Part shown: positions 1 through 10,485 of the stretch, one piece after another
Numbering within the stretch: the first letter of the stretch is position 1
Layout of the letters: each line of letters begins with the position of its first letter
NCBI GenBank assembly: GCA_963699545.1
Contig: CAVOUE010000005.1
Coordinates: forward strand, 1-64,000
From: Nitrospirota bacterium
GTDB lineage: Bacteria; Nitrospirota; Thermodesulfovibrionia; Thermodesulfovibrionales; UBA9159
Direction: 5' to 3'
Length of the DNA: 64,000 nucleotides
The notes under the pieces: model-generated
The model's input: the letters and a program-made list of their open reading frames with translations, nothing else
The model's database searches: none
What the model was told of the DNA's origin: nothing
Translations under genes and position numbers: made by a program

Positions 1-1980
1 CCCGGAGGGCGCGCCGATAAGCCGGGATACCGAATGTTTTTCCATGTATTCGGACATATCAACGCGCACCAGGGCTTTTTCGTCATCAAACAGGAACCGG
101 GCGAGAGCTTTCGCCAAGCTCGGTCTTTCCTACACCGGTCGGCCCGACGAAAGATAAACACTCCCGAAGGACGGTTAGGTCATCGGAAAGGCCCGCTGCG
201 CGCTCGACGGATACAACTGGCAACCACCTCGACAGCGTGATCCTGGCCGATCACCTCTTCCTTTAAACTATCTTCCATTTTGCAACAGCTTGGCGGTCTC
301 GCCTTCCAGCAGTTTAGTCAAAGGGGATGGAAGTCCATTCGGAGACCACCCTGGCGATATCGTCTTCATCGACCTCTTCTTTCACAAAAGCAACCTTTTT
401 TCTGCAGATCGGCCATGTTTTCTGTCCAGAGACCTTGCAGTTTATCCTCCAGTTCCCTTAATTTGCCGTAACGAATCTGTGCGACCTGCTCCAGTTCTGC
501 CCGTTTTTCCGCTTCTTTCTCCTCGTTCTTGACGTTCTCTATCTCTTCCTTGACCTTGCGCACCGTGAGGATCAGCGTCCTTTTCCTTCTGCCATTTGAA
601 GCAAGCTCTTTACTGTCTTTTTGCAGTTTTTCCAGTTCACGTCCAGCGTCTTTTGCACGCTCCAGGGAAGCTTTGTCTTTCTCTTTTTTTCAAAGCCTGG
701 CGCTTCGATCTCCAGCTGCGAATATCCTCTCGGTCGATCTCATCCAGCGCCTGTGGCTTGGAATCGATCTCCATGCGCAGCCGGCTGGCGGCTTCGTCAA
801 CCAGATCGATCGCCTTATCCGGCAGAAACCGCTCGGTGATGTAGCGGTTGGACAGGGTCGCGGCCGCGATCAACGCCTGATCCTTAATCCGGACCCCGTG
901 GTATAATTCGTAGCGTTCTTTAAGCCCGCGCAGGATGGCGATCGTGTCTTCGACGCTCGGCTCATCGACGTAGATCGGCTGGAACCGCGCTCCAGCGCGG
1001 CGTCTTTTTCAATATACTTGCGGTATTCGTCCAGGGTCGTCGCTCCGATACAACGCAGCTCTCCGCGGGCCAGAGCCGGCTTGAGCATATTGGAGGCGTC
1101 GACCGCGCCTTCTGCCGCCCCGGCGCCGACCAAAGTGTGCAGTTCATCGATGAAAAGAATGATCTCGCCCGTCCTGGATTCCATTCTTTCAATACGGCCT
1201 TGAGCCGGTCTTCAAATTCCCCGCGGAATTTGCTCCCGGCGATCATCGCGCCCAGGTCAAGAGTAATCATCCGTTTTCTTCTTCAAACCTTCGGGCACGT
1301 CTTTCTGGACGATCCTCTGGGCCAGCCCTTCGACGATCGCGGTCTTGCCCACGCCGGCTTCGCCGATCAGGACCGGATTATTTTTGGTCCGGCGCAGTAT
1401 CACCTGGATCAACCGGCGGATCTCGTCATCCCGGCCGATGACCGGATCGAGTTTTCCCCGGTTAGCCAGCTCAGTCAGGTCCCGGCCGTATTTTTCCAAC
1501 GGCTTGAATTTTTCTTCCGGATTCGGATCGGTTACCCGCTGATTGCCGCTGACATGTGCCAATGCCGCTAGAAGCCTGTCACGGTTGATCTCGCCGTTTC
1601 TTGAATTCCTTAAAATCACGGATTCCTATCCGAAAATTCAGCCAGAAGGATATGTTCACCGGAAACAAAATCGTCTTTAAGCGCCCTAGGCTTCAAGTTC
1701 GGCGTCCTTGATCAATTTATTGAAGCTCTGTGAAAAATACACCTGGGCATGGCCGCTGACCTTAGCCAGGCCTTTCAGGCTCTGTTCGACGGCTTTGATC
1801 AGGGTGAAAGTAGGGATCCCCAGTCCATCCAGGATCGCCATGAAGATCTCATTGTCCTGGCGCAATAAGGCATAGAACCAGATGCTCCGGCTCAACCTGC
1901 TGGTTCTGGCACTCTTCGCAGACCTTATTGCTTCTTCCAAAGCTTCTCGTAATTTCTGGGTCAGTTTTTCCGGAGTCCAT
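1..1980 (-). CDS. clpB: ATP-dependent chaperone ClpB, N-terminal ~2/3, broken by many frameshifts and running off the window edge
   Basis: Successive ORF pieces give ClpB motifs: [100 protein letters not shown]. Start ATG at 1980-1978. Confidence 0.93.
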
Positions 1981-1992
1981 CTTTCGCCTTTG

Positions 1993-2020
1993 TTAGCAGT
2001 CAGTCTCATTAGAGTGCTAA
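1993..2020 (-). promoter_or_regulatory. CIRCE-like inverted repeat (HrcA operator) upstream of clpB
   Basis: Minus strand TTAGCACTC-N10-GACTGCTAA versus canonical TTAGCACTC-N9-GAGTGCTAA, directly preceded by a TTGATA -35-like hexamer. Confidence 0.75.
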
Positions 2021-2038
2021 TATCAAGACAAAAAAAAT

Positions 2039-2305
2039 TTATTCGCTGATCTCTTTTTCCAGGATTATCTTTAATACCGCGGATGTTCACGCCCTTTTTC
2101 ATCCATCAGATAATGCACATATTCCAGGCGCTTCACATCATTAAGGGAATAAAAACGGCTCTTCTTGCCCACTCTTTTCGGGCACTACCACGCCCGCCTT
2201 ATCCAACTGGCGCAATGTCCATACCGGCAGGTCAGAAAGTTTACTGGCCACGCTGATCACGTAGACCGGCTCGTCAGGACTGATATAAATATCAAAAGTA
2301 GGCAT
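2039..2305 (-). CDS. MerR-family (HspR-like) transcriptional regulator, frameshifted
   Basis: Manual translation MPTFDIYISPDEPVYVISVASKLSDLPVWTLRQLDKAGVVVP/RVGKKSRFYSLNDVKRLEYVHYLM/KGVNIRGIK; upstream RBS AGAGGAG; directly upstream of clpB. Confidence 0.7.
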
Positions 2306-2350
2306 ACTCTTTACTCCTCTTTCCTATGCTAGTAAACGATAACATATGAA

Positions 2351-3016
2351 GCTGGCGCTACCGTTGTGGGAATCGCCGCACTGAAGGGCTTTCTGGGCCA
2401 GGAAATAGCACATCTTGAGACGGCCGTTTCGATCGGTGTCGACAGGAAGCTGAACAAAGATACGATAAGCCTGCTCGTTGCTCTGCAGAAAAAGACTGCA
2501 CGGTATCTTAAGGCGGAAGGGTATCGCTACCTCTGTATTCCCCCTGACTCAGACAGAATCACAGACACCTTCGTGTCGAAACTGTATCCCAGCTTTACCC
2601 ACAAGATGGCAGCGACATCGTCGGGACTCGGATGGATCGGAAGGAATGGCCTCCTGATAAACCCTGATCATGGTCCGCGGCTGTCGCTCGTAACGGTCCT
2701 CACAAACGCGCCGCTTCATACTGACACCCCGACCGAATTCAGCAGATGCGGTGACTGCGGCCTTTGTCGGGAGTTCTGTCCTTCTGAGGCCATAACAGGT
2801 GAAGATTGGTCGAGGTATGAGCCTTTTGTGGAGCTGATCCGGCTCGACCGGTGCAGGTCCCACAAGAAGAGAAGCAAGACACTTAGCGGCAAACCCAACT
2901 GCGGGTTGTGTGTGAACATCTGTCCCCATGGAAGGAAAAGGCCTTCCGAAAAGAAGGAGAATAACCACAGAGACACTGTGGCACTTCGGCAACCGGTGAA
3001 TGTGCAATTCCGTTGA
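2351..3016 (+). CDS. Epoxyqueuosine reductase (QueG)-like 4Fe-4S double-cluster protein, N-terminus apparently missing
   Basis: HKMAATSSGLGWIGRNGLLINPDHGPRL, CGDCGLCREFCP, CGLCVNICP. The frame reads AGATVVGIA from 2351, with an in-frame TAA at 2333 and no clear start/RBS. Confidence 0.8.
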   Translation, partial: AGATVVGIAALKGFLGQEIAHLETAVSIGVDRKLNKDTISLLVALQKKTARYLKAEGYRYLCIPPDSDRITDTFVSKLYPSFTHKMAATSSGLGWIGRNGLLINPDHGPRLSLVTVLTNAPLHTDTPTEFSRCGDCGLCREFCPSEAITGEDWSRYEPFVELIRLDRCRSHKKRSKTLSGKPNCGLCVNICPHGRKRPSEKKENNHRDTVALRQPVNVQFR

Positions 3017-3154
3017 ACTGATGGCAGAGTGACAATGGTTCGCAGTCAGCATGTGTTTCACGGCTGAAGGATGGACCACCTGCAAAGCTGTCTCTTCGTC
3101 TCAGGATAAACGTTTTTCTGATTGTATAACAGTGAAAAACCTGGAGGAACATAG

Positions 3155-5170
3155 ATGACAAAGCATAGAGTGATTTTTCAACCTTCCGGCAGAAGGGGTG
3201 AGGTAGAGGAAGGCAGGACTCTTCTCGAAGCCGCCCAGTCTCTGGGAGTCGATATCGAAGCGCTTTGCGGCAACAAGAAGGTCTGCGGCAAATGCAAGGT
3301 GAGGGTTGAGGAGGGCTATTTTGAGAAGGACAACATACAATCTGGGATGGCTCATCTCTCTCCTCTTACTGAAGATGAAAGAAAACATATTAAACCGGAG
3401 GACGGACCCGGAATCCGCCTCGCCTGCTCCACAGAGGTGCACGGTGACGTCAAGGTCTTTGTCCCCGAGCGCTCAAGGGCAGGAAAGCAGGTGGTCCGCA
3501 AGGCAGCAAAAGAGCTTACGATCGCTCTTGATCCTGCGATAAAGAAATACAATATTGAGCTCGTCGCCCCAACCCTCCACGACATGACGACAGGGGATTA
3601 TGAGCGGGTGCTGAAATTCCTCGATGACGATTACGGCCTCAAGGGCCTTACCTTTGATTTTGCCGTTTTGAGGGACCTTCAGGATGTATTGAGAAAGGGG
3701 CAGTGGGAAGCGACCGTTACGGTCTGGATGGACAAGGAGATCGTCAAGGTCGAGCCCGGCTTTGTTGAAACCTGTTACGGCCTTGCGGTAGACATAGGGA
3801 CCACAACCTGTGTCGGTTATCTTACTGATCTCAATACCGGCAAGGTTGTCAACACCGAGTCGATGATGAACCCCCAGGTGTCCTATGGCGAAGACGTGAT
3901 GTCCCGCATCACCTATGCAATGAGCAATCCCGAAGGACTTGAAACCATGAATAAGGCCATCATCACCGGCTTAAATGAGATCATCGAGCGGGTGGTTACG
4001 GAGATCAGGAAGGACTGCCCAAATCCCGGCTTTGTGATCGACGACCTTACCATCGTTTTCAACACCGCCATGCACCATATATTCCTCGGGTTCAATCCTG
4101 AGTATATCGGACGCTCACCCTTCATCCCGGCAGTACAAAACTCTCTTGACATCAAGGCGAGAGATCTCGGCCTGAAGATCAATCCCTCTGCATATATTCA
4201 TGTGCTGCCCATCGAAGCTGGTTTCGTCGGTGCCGACAACGTAGGCGTGCTCATTGCCGAAGAGCCCTATAACCAGGACGAGATGGTCCTGATCATCGAT
4301 ATCGGAACAAATGGCGAACTCCTTCTCGGCAACCGGAACAAGGTCTGTTCAACCTCCTGTGCAACCGGCCCTGCCTTTGAAGGGGCCCAGATAAAGTTCG
4401 GCATGAGGGCCGCACCGGGAGCGATCGAGACAGTAAAGATCGACCCTGTCACAAAGGAACCGATGTACAAAGTGATCGGCAAAGCTGACTGGCACACCCA
4501 TCTTGAAAAGGTGAACGCGAAGGGCCTGTGCGGTTCAGCAATTATCGAAGTTGCTGCCGAGATGTTCAAGGCGGGCATCATCGATAAGTCGGGCAGGTTC
4601 GTGATGAATCTCGATACCCCTCGCGTGAGGAAGGATTCAGAGGGCAAGCCCGAGTATGTGCTCGCCTGGGCAGAGGAAACATCGATTAACGCCGACATAA
4701 CCGTAACACAGGGAGATATCAGGGCCCTTCAGCTTGCCAAGGGAGCACTTTATACCGGTGCGAAACTGATGATGAAGCGGCTGGGCATCACGAAACTTGA
4801 CAGGGTTATTCTTGCAGGCGCCTTTGGAAGCCATATCGACAGGGAAGCATCCCTGACCCTCGGTATGTTCCCCGACTGCCCCATCGACATGGTCTATGCA
4901 GTGGGCAATGCAGCAGGGGACGGCGCGAGGATGGCGCTTCTCAATAAAGGGAAGCGGCAGGAGGCCAGTGAAAGAGCACGGTGGGTTGAGTTCGTCGAGA
5001 TCGCGACTGACCCCAGCTTTGAGAAGGAATTCATGCAGGCAATGCATATCCCTCATATGAAGGATAAGTTTCCGAACGTGAAGGCACTGCTTGAAAAATC
5101 AGAGGGAAATGAGGGAAAGAGCAAGATAACGAGAAATATGACCACCTCCCCCGTCACTTCTCCCTCCTAG
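3155..5170 (+). CDS. ASKHA-family ATP-dependent reductive activator of corrinoid proteins (RACo/AcsV-like, DUF4445) with N-terminal 2Fe-2S domain
   Basis: CGNKKVCGKC...RLAC ferredoxin domain; GLAVDIGTTT, DIGTNGE, CATGPAFEG, LAGAFGS, GNAAGDGA motifs. Confidence 0.9.
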   Translation: MTKHRVIFQPSGRRGEVEEGRTLLEAAQSLGVDIEALCGNKKVCGKCKVRVEEGYFEKDNIQSGMAHLSPLTEDERKHIKPEDGPGIRLACSTEVHGDVKVFVPERSRAGKQVVRKAAKELTIALDPAIKKYNIELVAPTLHDMTTGDYERVLKFLDDDYGLKGLTFDFAVLRDLQDVLRKGQWEATVTVWMDKEIVKVEPGFVETCYGLAVDIGTTTCVGYLTDLNTGKVVNTESMMNPQVSYGEDVMSRITYAMSNPEGLETMNKAIITGLNEIIERVVTEIRKDCPNPGFVIDDLTIVFNTAMHHIFLGFNPEYIGRSPFIPAVQNSLDIKARDLGLKINPSAYIHVLPIEAGFVGADNVGVLIAEEPYNQDEMVLIIDIGTNGELLLGNRNKVCSTSCATGPAFEGAQIKFGMRAAPGAIETVKIDPVTKEPMYKVIGKADWHTHLEKVNAKGLCGSAIIEVAAEMFKAGIIDKSGRFVMNLDTPRVRKDSEGKPEYVLAWAEETSINADITVTQGDIRALQLAKGALYTGAKLMMKRLGITKLDRVILAGAFGSHIDREASLTLGMFPDCPIDMVYAVGNAAGDGARMALLNKGKRQEASERARWVEFVEIATDPSFEKEFMQAMHIPHMKDKFPNVKALLEKSEGNEGKSKITRNMTTSPVTSPS

Positions 5171-5185
5171 GTGATGGTTGGGGCA

Positions 5186-5242
5186 AGGGACAAGGGGCAA
5201 AGTGGATATTAGCTGCTCGCCCCTTGTTCCCTCTTTTTTTTT
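5186..5242 (+). terminator. Rho-independent terminator-like hairpin
   Basis: AGGGACAAGGGGC...GCCCCTTGTTCCCT followed by a T run. Confidence 0.6.
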
Positions 5243-5372
5243 GAGCGTTGGCCATCGTGGAGAGCAGGATGCTGAAATAGACAAAGTTATATTTGTCCAT
5301 TTGTGGAAATGGTCATGGAAGGTTTTCTGATAGATTGGCACTTTAACAGAATTAAATAGAGGAGAGGTAAAC

Positions 5373-5993
5373 ATGTCATCACCAGTCAAATTCGACCCTG
5401 AGCTTTCGAGGCCTCTTGTGGAAGAGGTCATGGAGCGGTCAGGTCAGAACTTGCTCGCCTGCTATCAGTGCCGCCGCTGTGCAGCCGGCTGCCCTGTGGG
5501 GGACGAGACCGGGGTCACGCCGGACCGTCTCATCAGGATGGTGCTCCTCGGTGAGAGGGCCGAGGCCGTGAACAACCTCCTGGTGTGGAAGTGCGTTGCC
5601 TGCTACACCTGCGGTACCCGCTGCCCGAACAATATCCAGACGGCAAGGATCACCGAAACGCTTAAGCAGATGTCCAAGGAAACCCATCAGGAACCTTTGA
5701 GCCCTTCTGTGGCCGCATTTCACGAAGCCTTTACCACGGCTGCTTCCCATCTGGGCCGGGTCAATGAGCTGGAGTTCATGGGTCTTTATGAGATGAAAAA
5801 CACTGCAGACATGATAAAGCGTGGAGAGTGGAAAGCTGCCATGCAGGAGATGATGACCCAGGCGAAGCTGGGCATGGCGATGACGAAGAACAGGCGGATG
5901 CACCTCGGCGTCGAGAAGGTCAGGGGACTTTCTGAGGTCAAGGGCATCTATAAGAAAGCAAAGGAAAAAAGTCAGGGCCGTGAGCGGTCCTGA
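5373..5993 (+). CDS. hdrC: Heterodisulfide reductase subunit C
   Basis: CYQCRRCAAGCP and CVACYTCGTRCP; upstream of hdrB. Confidence 0.9.
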   Translation: MSSPVKFDPELSRPLVEEVMERSGQNLLACYQCRRCAAGCPVGDETGVTPDRLIRMVLLGERAEAVNNLLVWKCVACYTCGTRCPNNIQTARITETLKQMSKETHQEPLSPSVAAFHEAFTTAASHLGRVNELEFMGLYEMKNTADMIKRGEWKAAMQEMMTQAKLGMAMTKNRRMHLGVEKVRGLSEVKGIYKKAKEKSQGRERS

Positions 5994-6027
5994 CCCGATG
6001 AATAGTCACACAAATTAGGGGTAGAGA

Positions 6028-6903
6028 ATGGAACTGGCATATTATCCCGGATGTTCATTGCATGCTTCTTCAGCGCTCTATGACATCCAGAACAGGATGG
6101 TCTTCAGACAGCTGGGAGTTGAGCTCAAGGAGATCGACGACTGGAACTGCTGCGGCGCGACCTCTGCAAGCAAGACCAACGATTTTCTCTCGATCGCCCT
6201 TCCCGCGCGGAATCTCGGCATTGCCGATGCAAGCGGTCTTTCTGATATTGTCATCCCCTGCTCCTCCTGCTACAGCCGCATGCTCGTTTCCCAGAAAAGG
6301 TTAGCGGAAGATCCTGCGCTGAGGGAGATCATCAATGCAGAACTCAGCAAGAAAGTTGAGGGAAAGATAAAGATCCTGAGTATTCTGGAAGTGCTCGTGC
6401 CCAAGGCGGCGTCGGGGGAGATTGCGGAGAAGATGACAAAGAAATTGGAAGGACTCAGGCCGGCGTGTTATTACGGTTGCCTGCTTACCAGGTTCCCCAG
6501 CGATGTACCGGTGCCTGATGATGTGGAGAACCCGCAGGGCATGGAAAAGGTCTGCAAGGCCCTTGGTGCAGAGCCTCTGGACTGGGGCTACAAGACCGAC
6601 TGCTGCGGCGCTTCTGCGGCGGTGAACGACGCTGACCAGTCCCTTCTCCTGATGTCAAGGATCATGAAGGATGCTCTCGCGCGGGGTGCGAACTGCTTTG
6701 TCACCACCTGTCCCATGTGCCAGATGAACGTCGATGCCTATCAGGACCAGGTGGGAGAGAGATACGGGATCACCGGCAGGCTGCCTGTCTATTTCCTCAC
6801 GGAACTCCTGGGTGTTGCCATGGGCATGAATCCGCGGGAACTGCAGATCGACAGGCATTTTGTGAACGCCATGGGACTGTTAAAGGAGTTGAAACTGATA
6901 TGA
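6028..6903 (+). CDS. hdrB: Heterodisulfide reductase subunit B
   Basis: YYPGCSL, DWNCCGA, YYGCLL, TDCCGAS, TCPMCQMN (two CCG domains). Confidence 0.93.
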   Translation: MELAYYPGCSLHASSALYDIQNRMVFRQLGVELKEIDDWNCCGATSASKTNDFLSIALPARNLGIADASGLSDIVIPCSSCYSRMLVSQKRLAEDPALREIINAELSKKVEGKIKILSILEVLVPKAASGEIAEKMTKKLEGLRPACYYGCLLTRFPSDVPVPDDVENPQGMEKVCKALGAEPLDWGYKTDCCGASAAVNDADQSLLLMSRIMKDALARGANCFVTTCPMCQMNVDAYQDQVGERYGITGRLPVYFLTELLGVAMGMNPRELQIDRHFVNAMGLLKELKLI

Positions 6904-9900
6904 GCGACAACGGTTCTTCCAATAAACACGGCTCGGTTTTAGTCGTCGGCGGCGGTATAGGAGGTATGCAGGCGGCACTGGACCTCGCGGACAGCGGATT
7001 CAGGGTCCATATGGTCCAGAAAGAGTCCTCCATTGGCGGCACTATGGTGATGCTCGACAAGACCTTCCCCACCGGCGACTGCTCGATGTGCATGATCTCG
7101 CCGAAGATGGTCGAAGCGGGCAGGCATCTCAATATCGATATTCATACGCTGGCGGAAGTCGTTTCAGTGGACGGGAAGGAAGGCGACTTCAAGGTCAAGG
7201 TGAGAGTTGCCCCCCGGTATGTGGATGCCGGCAAGTGTACCGGCTGCGGCGACTGCGAGGTGAAATGTCCGAAGAAGCTACCGAGCGAGTTCGATGAAGG
7301 ACTTGGCGTTCGCAAGGCGATCTATTCGCTCTTCCCCCAGGCGGTGCCGAACACAAGGGCGATCGACGCCACACAGTGCATCTATCTCACGAAGGGCAAA
7401 TGCCGCGTCTGCGAAAAGGTCTGCAAGGCAAAGGCGATCAACTATGAAGACAAGGGAAAAGAGATAGAACTCAACGTCGGCTCCATCATCCTCAGCCCAG
7501 GTCTTGACCGCTATGATGCAACGATGAGAGGAGAATTCGGCCTCGGCAGGTGGAAGAACGTTGTCACGTCCATCCAGTTCGAGCGCATCCTCTCCGCATC
7601 AGGCCCGTATAAGGGAGAAGTCAAGCGCCCCTCCGACGAAAAGCATCCGAAGAAAGTGGCCTGGATCCAGTGCGTCGGGTCGAGGGACCCGCACAACGCG
7701 AATCCCTGGTGTTCATCGGTCTGCTGCATGTATGCGACAAAACAGTCGATCATCGCAAAAGAGCATGACGCGCACATAGAGCCGACGATCTTTTATATGG
7801 AGATGAGGGCCTTCGGAAAGGACTTTGACAAGTATGTCGAACGGGCAAAGAACGAGTACGGCGTGCGCTATCAGCGGGCCATGATATCCGCTGTTCGGGA
7901 GGACCCCGGCACAGGGGACCTCATCCTTCGCTACGCGTCTGAAGACGGCAAGCTCTTCGACGAGACCTACGACATGGTGGTCCTGTCCATCGGACTCCAG
8001 CCCCACAAGGATGCAAAGGAGTTTGCGAAGACCTTCGGCATCGAAATGAACCCTTATCGCTTCGCCAAGACATCTCCGCTCAGGCCGATCGAGACGACCC
8101 GTGAGGGAATATACGTGACCGGAATCTACCAGGGGCCGAAGGACATCCCGGAGACCGTGATGCAGGGGAGCGCAGTTGCAGGGAGGACTATGGCGCTTCT
8201 TGCAGAGGCACGGGGCACCGAGACGATAACGAAGGAGTTGCCCCCCGAAAAGGATGTGTCGGGAGAACAACCGAGGATCGGCGTCTTCGTCTGTCACTGC
8301 GGAACCAATATCTCTTCCGTCGTGGAGATAGACCAGGTGATGAGCGCGGTGAAGGACCAGCCCGGCGTCGCGTATGTGACTGACACCATCTATGCCTGTG
8401 CCCAGGACAACCAGGAGATAATAAAGAAGACTATAAAGGACCAGAACCTTAACAGAGTGGTCATCGCCTCGTGCACGCCGAGGACCCATGAGAAACTCTT
8501 CCAGGAGACGATCCGCGAGGCAGGCCTGAACAAATACCTCTTTGATCTCGCGGACATCCGCGAGCAGTGCTCGTGGTGCCACAAGGGCCAGAACGAAGTG
8601 GCCACGAAAAAGGCGATCCAGATCGTAAAAATGTCCGTTGCGAAGTCACGGCTTCAGGAACCGCTCAAGACCGACACGGTGGGAGTTACTCCCGCCTGCA
8701 TGGTGATCGGCGGAGGGATAGCGGGCATGACCTCTGCCCTCGCCCTCGCTGACCAGGGATTCCAGGTGAGCATCATCGAACGGGAAACCTTGCTCGGCGG
8801 CCTTTTAAAGAATGTCTACCGCACCCTTGAAGGCGACGATGTGCAACAGTTTCTTAAGACAAGAATAGGAGAGGTCGTAGCCCATCCGCGGATCAATATC
8901 TATACCGGCGTCGAAGTGAAGAAAACTGAAGGATTCGTGGGGAACTTTAAGACAACCCTTACCGACGGTACGACCTTCGACCACGGCGCCGTCATCATCG
9001 CCACGGGCGGAATGGAGTACGAACCCACCGAATACCTCCACGGACAGAATGACAAGGTGGTCACTCAGCGCCGGCTCGAAAAAAGACTTGCGGAAGGGGA
9101 AATACCAAAGAACGGCGAGAAATTCGTGATGATCCAGTGCGTCGGGTCACGTGAAGAGCCGAATCAGTACTGTTCGCGTGTGTGCTGCCAGGATGCGGTG
9201 AAGAACGCCATAGAGATAAAAGAGCGGAACCCCAGGGCGCAGGTCGTCGTCATCTACCGGGACATGCGCAACTACGGACTCCGCGAAGATTACTACACCA
9301 GAGCGCGGGACCTCGGCGTGCTCTTTGTTCGCTACGAAGTGGAGAGAAAGCCTTCAGTCGAGGCGGCCGGCGATAAAATACGTATAAAGACCTGGGATTA
9401 TATGCTGAACAGGGAGCTCGTGATGGACAGCGACTGGCTGGTCCTCTCGACCGGCCTCAGGCCTCATCCCACGACCGACAAGGTCGGAGAGACGTATAAG
9501 GTCACCAGGAACCCTGACGGGTACTTCCTCGAGGCGCACGTAAAGCTCCGTCCCGTGGATTTCCCCAGCGAAGGGCTCTTTGTTACGGGACTGGGCCATG
9601 CCCCGAAGAACCTCGATGAGACCCTCAGCCAGGCGCTGGCCGCTGCGGGAAGGGCAGGAGTGATCCTTTCCCATGAGAGCCTCGCCGTTTCGGGGATCAT
9701 CGCCAAGCACAAACGCGAACTCTGCATGTCCTGCCTGAGCTGCCTGAGGGTCTGCCCCTTCGGCTCTCCTTATATAGCCGAGGACGGCAAGATATCCCAT
9801 AATGAGGTCAAATGCACGGGCTGCGGCATCTGCGCCGGCATCTGCCCTGCAAAGGCCTTCCAGGTGAACAATTTCCGCGATGACCAGATCGTCGCCATGA

Positions 9901-9944
9901 TCGATGCCGCGGTGGACTCGGAACCGGGCCTTATCGGGGCATAA
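6900..9944 (+). CDS. hdrA: Heterodisulfide reductase subunit A, large (~1014 aa) form with two FAD modules
   Basis: ATG at 6900 overlaps the hdrB stop and follows an AAGGAG RBS; VLVVGGGIGG, DKTFPTGDCSMC, two IQCVGSR...CSxVCC motifs, RIGVFVCHCGTNI, C-terminal ferredoxin motifs. Confidence 0.93.
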   Translation: MSDNGSSNKHGSVLVVGGGIGGMQAALDLADSGFRVHMVQKESSIGGTMVMLDKTFPTGDCSMCMISPKMVEAGRHLNIDIHTLAEVVSVDGKEGDFKVKVRVAPRYVDAGKCTGCGDCEVKCPKKLPSEFDEGLGVRKAIYSLFPQAVPNTRAIDATQCIYLTKGKCRVCEKVCKAKAINYEDKGKEIELNVGSIILSPGLDRYDATMRGEFGLGRWKNVVTSIQFERILSASGPYKGEVKRPSDEKHPKKVAWIQCVGSRDPHNANPWCSSVCCMYATKQSIIAKEHDAHIEPTIFYMEMRAFGKDFDKYVERAKNEYGVRYQRAMISAVREDPGTGDLILRYASEDGKLFDETYDMVVLSIGLQPHKDAKEFAKTFGIEMNPYRFAKTSPLRPIETTREGIYVTGIYQGPKDIPETVMQGSAVAGRTMALLAEARGTETITKELPPEKDVSGEQPRIGVFVCHCGTNISSVVEIDQVMSAVKDQPGVAYVTDTIYACAQDNQEIIKKTIKDQNLNRVVIASCTPRTHEKLFQETIREAGLNKYLFDLADIREQCSWCHKGQNEVATKKAIQIVKMSVAKSRLQEPLKTDTVGVTPACMVIGGGIAGMTSALALADQGFQVSIIERETLLGGLLKNVYRTLEGDDVQQFLKTRIGEVVAHPRINIYTGVEVKKTEGFVGNFKTTLTDGTTFDHGAVIIATGGMEYEPTEYLHGQNDKVVTQRRLEKRLAEGEIPKNGEKFVMIQCVGSREEPNQYCSRVCCQDAVKNAIEIKERNPRAQVVVIYRDMRNYGLREDYYTRARDLGVLFVRYEVERKPSVEAAGDKIRIKTWDYMLNRELVMDSDWLVLSTGLRPHPTTDKVGETYKVTRNPDGYFLEAHVKLRPVDFPSEGLFVTGLGHAPKNLDETLSQALAAAGRAGVILSHESLAVSGIIAKHKRELCMSCLSCLRVCPFGSPYIAEDGKISHNEVKCTGCGICAGICPAKAFQVNNFRDDQIVAMIDAAVDSEPGLIGA

Positions 9945-9974
9945 ATAAGATATGAGCAATCGGAGGATCGAAGA

Positions 9975-10478
9975 ATGACGACAGTTGCTGAACCTGCTGC
10001 AGAGCAGGATGTCTTCACCGTTGAGCAGCCTCACGAAGGGTTGCCGGGCTGGCAGCCGAACGTACTGGCCTTTGCATGCCATTACTGCGCCTTTGCCGCA
10101 GCCGACCTGGCCGGTGTGATGCGGCTTTCCTACCCGCCCAACGTGAAGATCATCAGGCTCCCGTGCACGGGCAAACTGGACCACATCCATGTCCTCAGGG
10201 CCTTCGAGCGGGGGGTGGATGGCGTCTTTGTCGCCGGCTGACTAAAGGGCCAGTGCCATTACCTGGAAGGTAATGCATTTTCAGCCCGGCGTATCGAGTA
10301 CGTGAAGAAGCTGCTCGCAAGGCTCAAGATAGACCCGGCCCGTCTCGATATGTATAACCTGTCTGCTGCCATGGGGCCAAAGTGGGCAGAGATATGTACG
10401 CAGTTTACCGAGAAGATCCGCAGACTCGGGCCATCGCCCATACGGCTTGCGCTCGCGAAGCGGAAAATAAAGGAGTGA
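9975..10478 (+). CDS. mvhD: MvhD/FlpD 2Fe-2S subunit with selenocysteine at in-frame TGA 10239-10241 (167 aa)
   Basis: AFACHYCAFAAADLAG, RLPCTGK, GVDGVFVAG-[TGA]-LKGQCHYLEGN. TGA sits at the conserved Cys of GCxxGxCHY and the frame stays open with MvhD-like sequence to TGA 10476-10478. Confidence 0.93.
10247..10287 (+). promoter_or_regulatory. Bacterial SECIS hairpin of mvhD
   Basis: CATTACC-TGGAA-GGTAATG stem-loop (10257-10275) with lower GGGC/GCCC pairing; G-containing loop 22 nt after the UGA. Confidence 0.8.
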
Positions 10479-10485
10479 GAGACCA

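Noticed and set aside
5336-5355. Sigma54 promoter upstream of hdrC (TTGGCAC)
   Set aside because: No TTGC at the -12 position.
6717-6899. N-terminal extension of HdrA from ATG 6717
   Set aside because: Overlaps hdrB; ATG 6900 has an SD and is coupled to the hdrB stop.
7713-10190. Long antisense ORFs opposite hdrA (and similar ones opposite other genes)
   Set aside because: Shadow ORFs from GC-rich codon usage, with no motifs.
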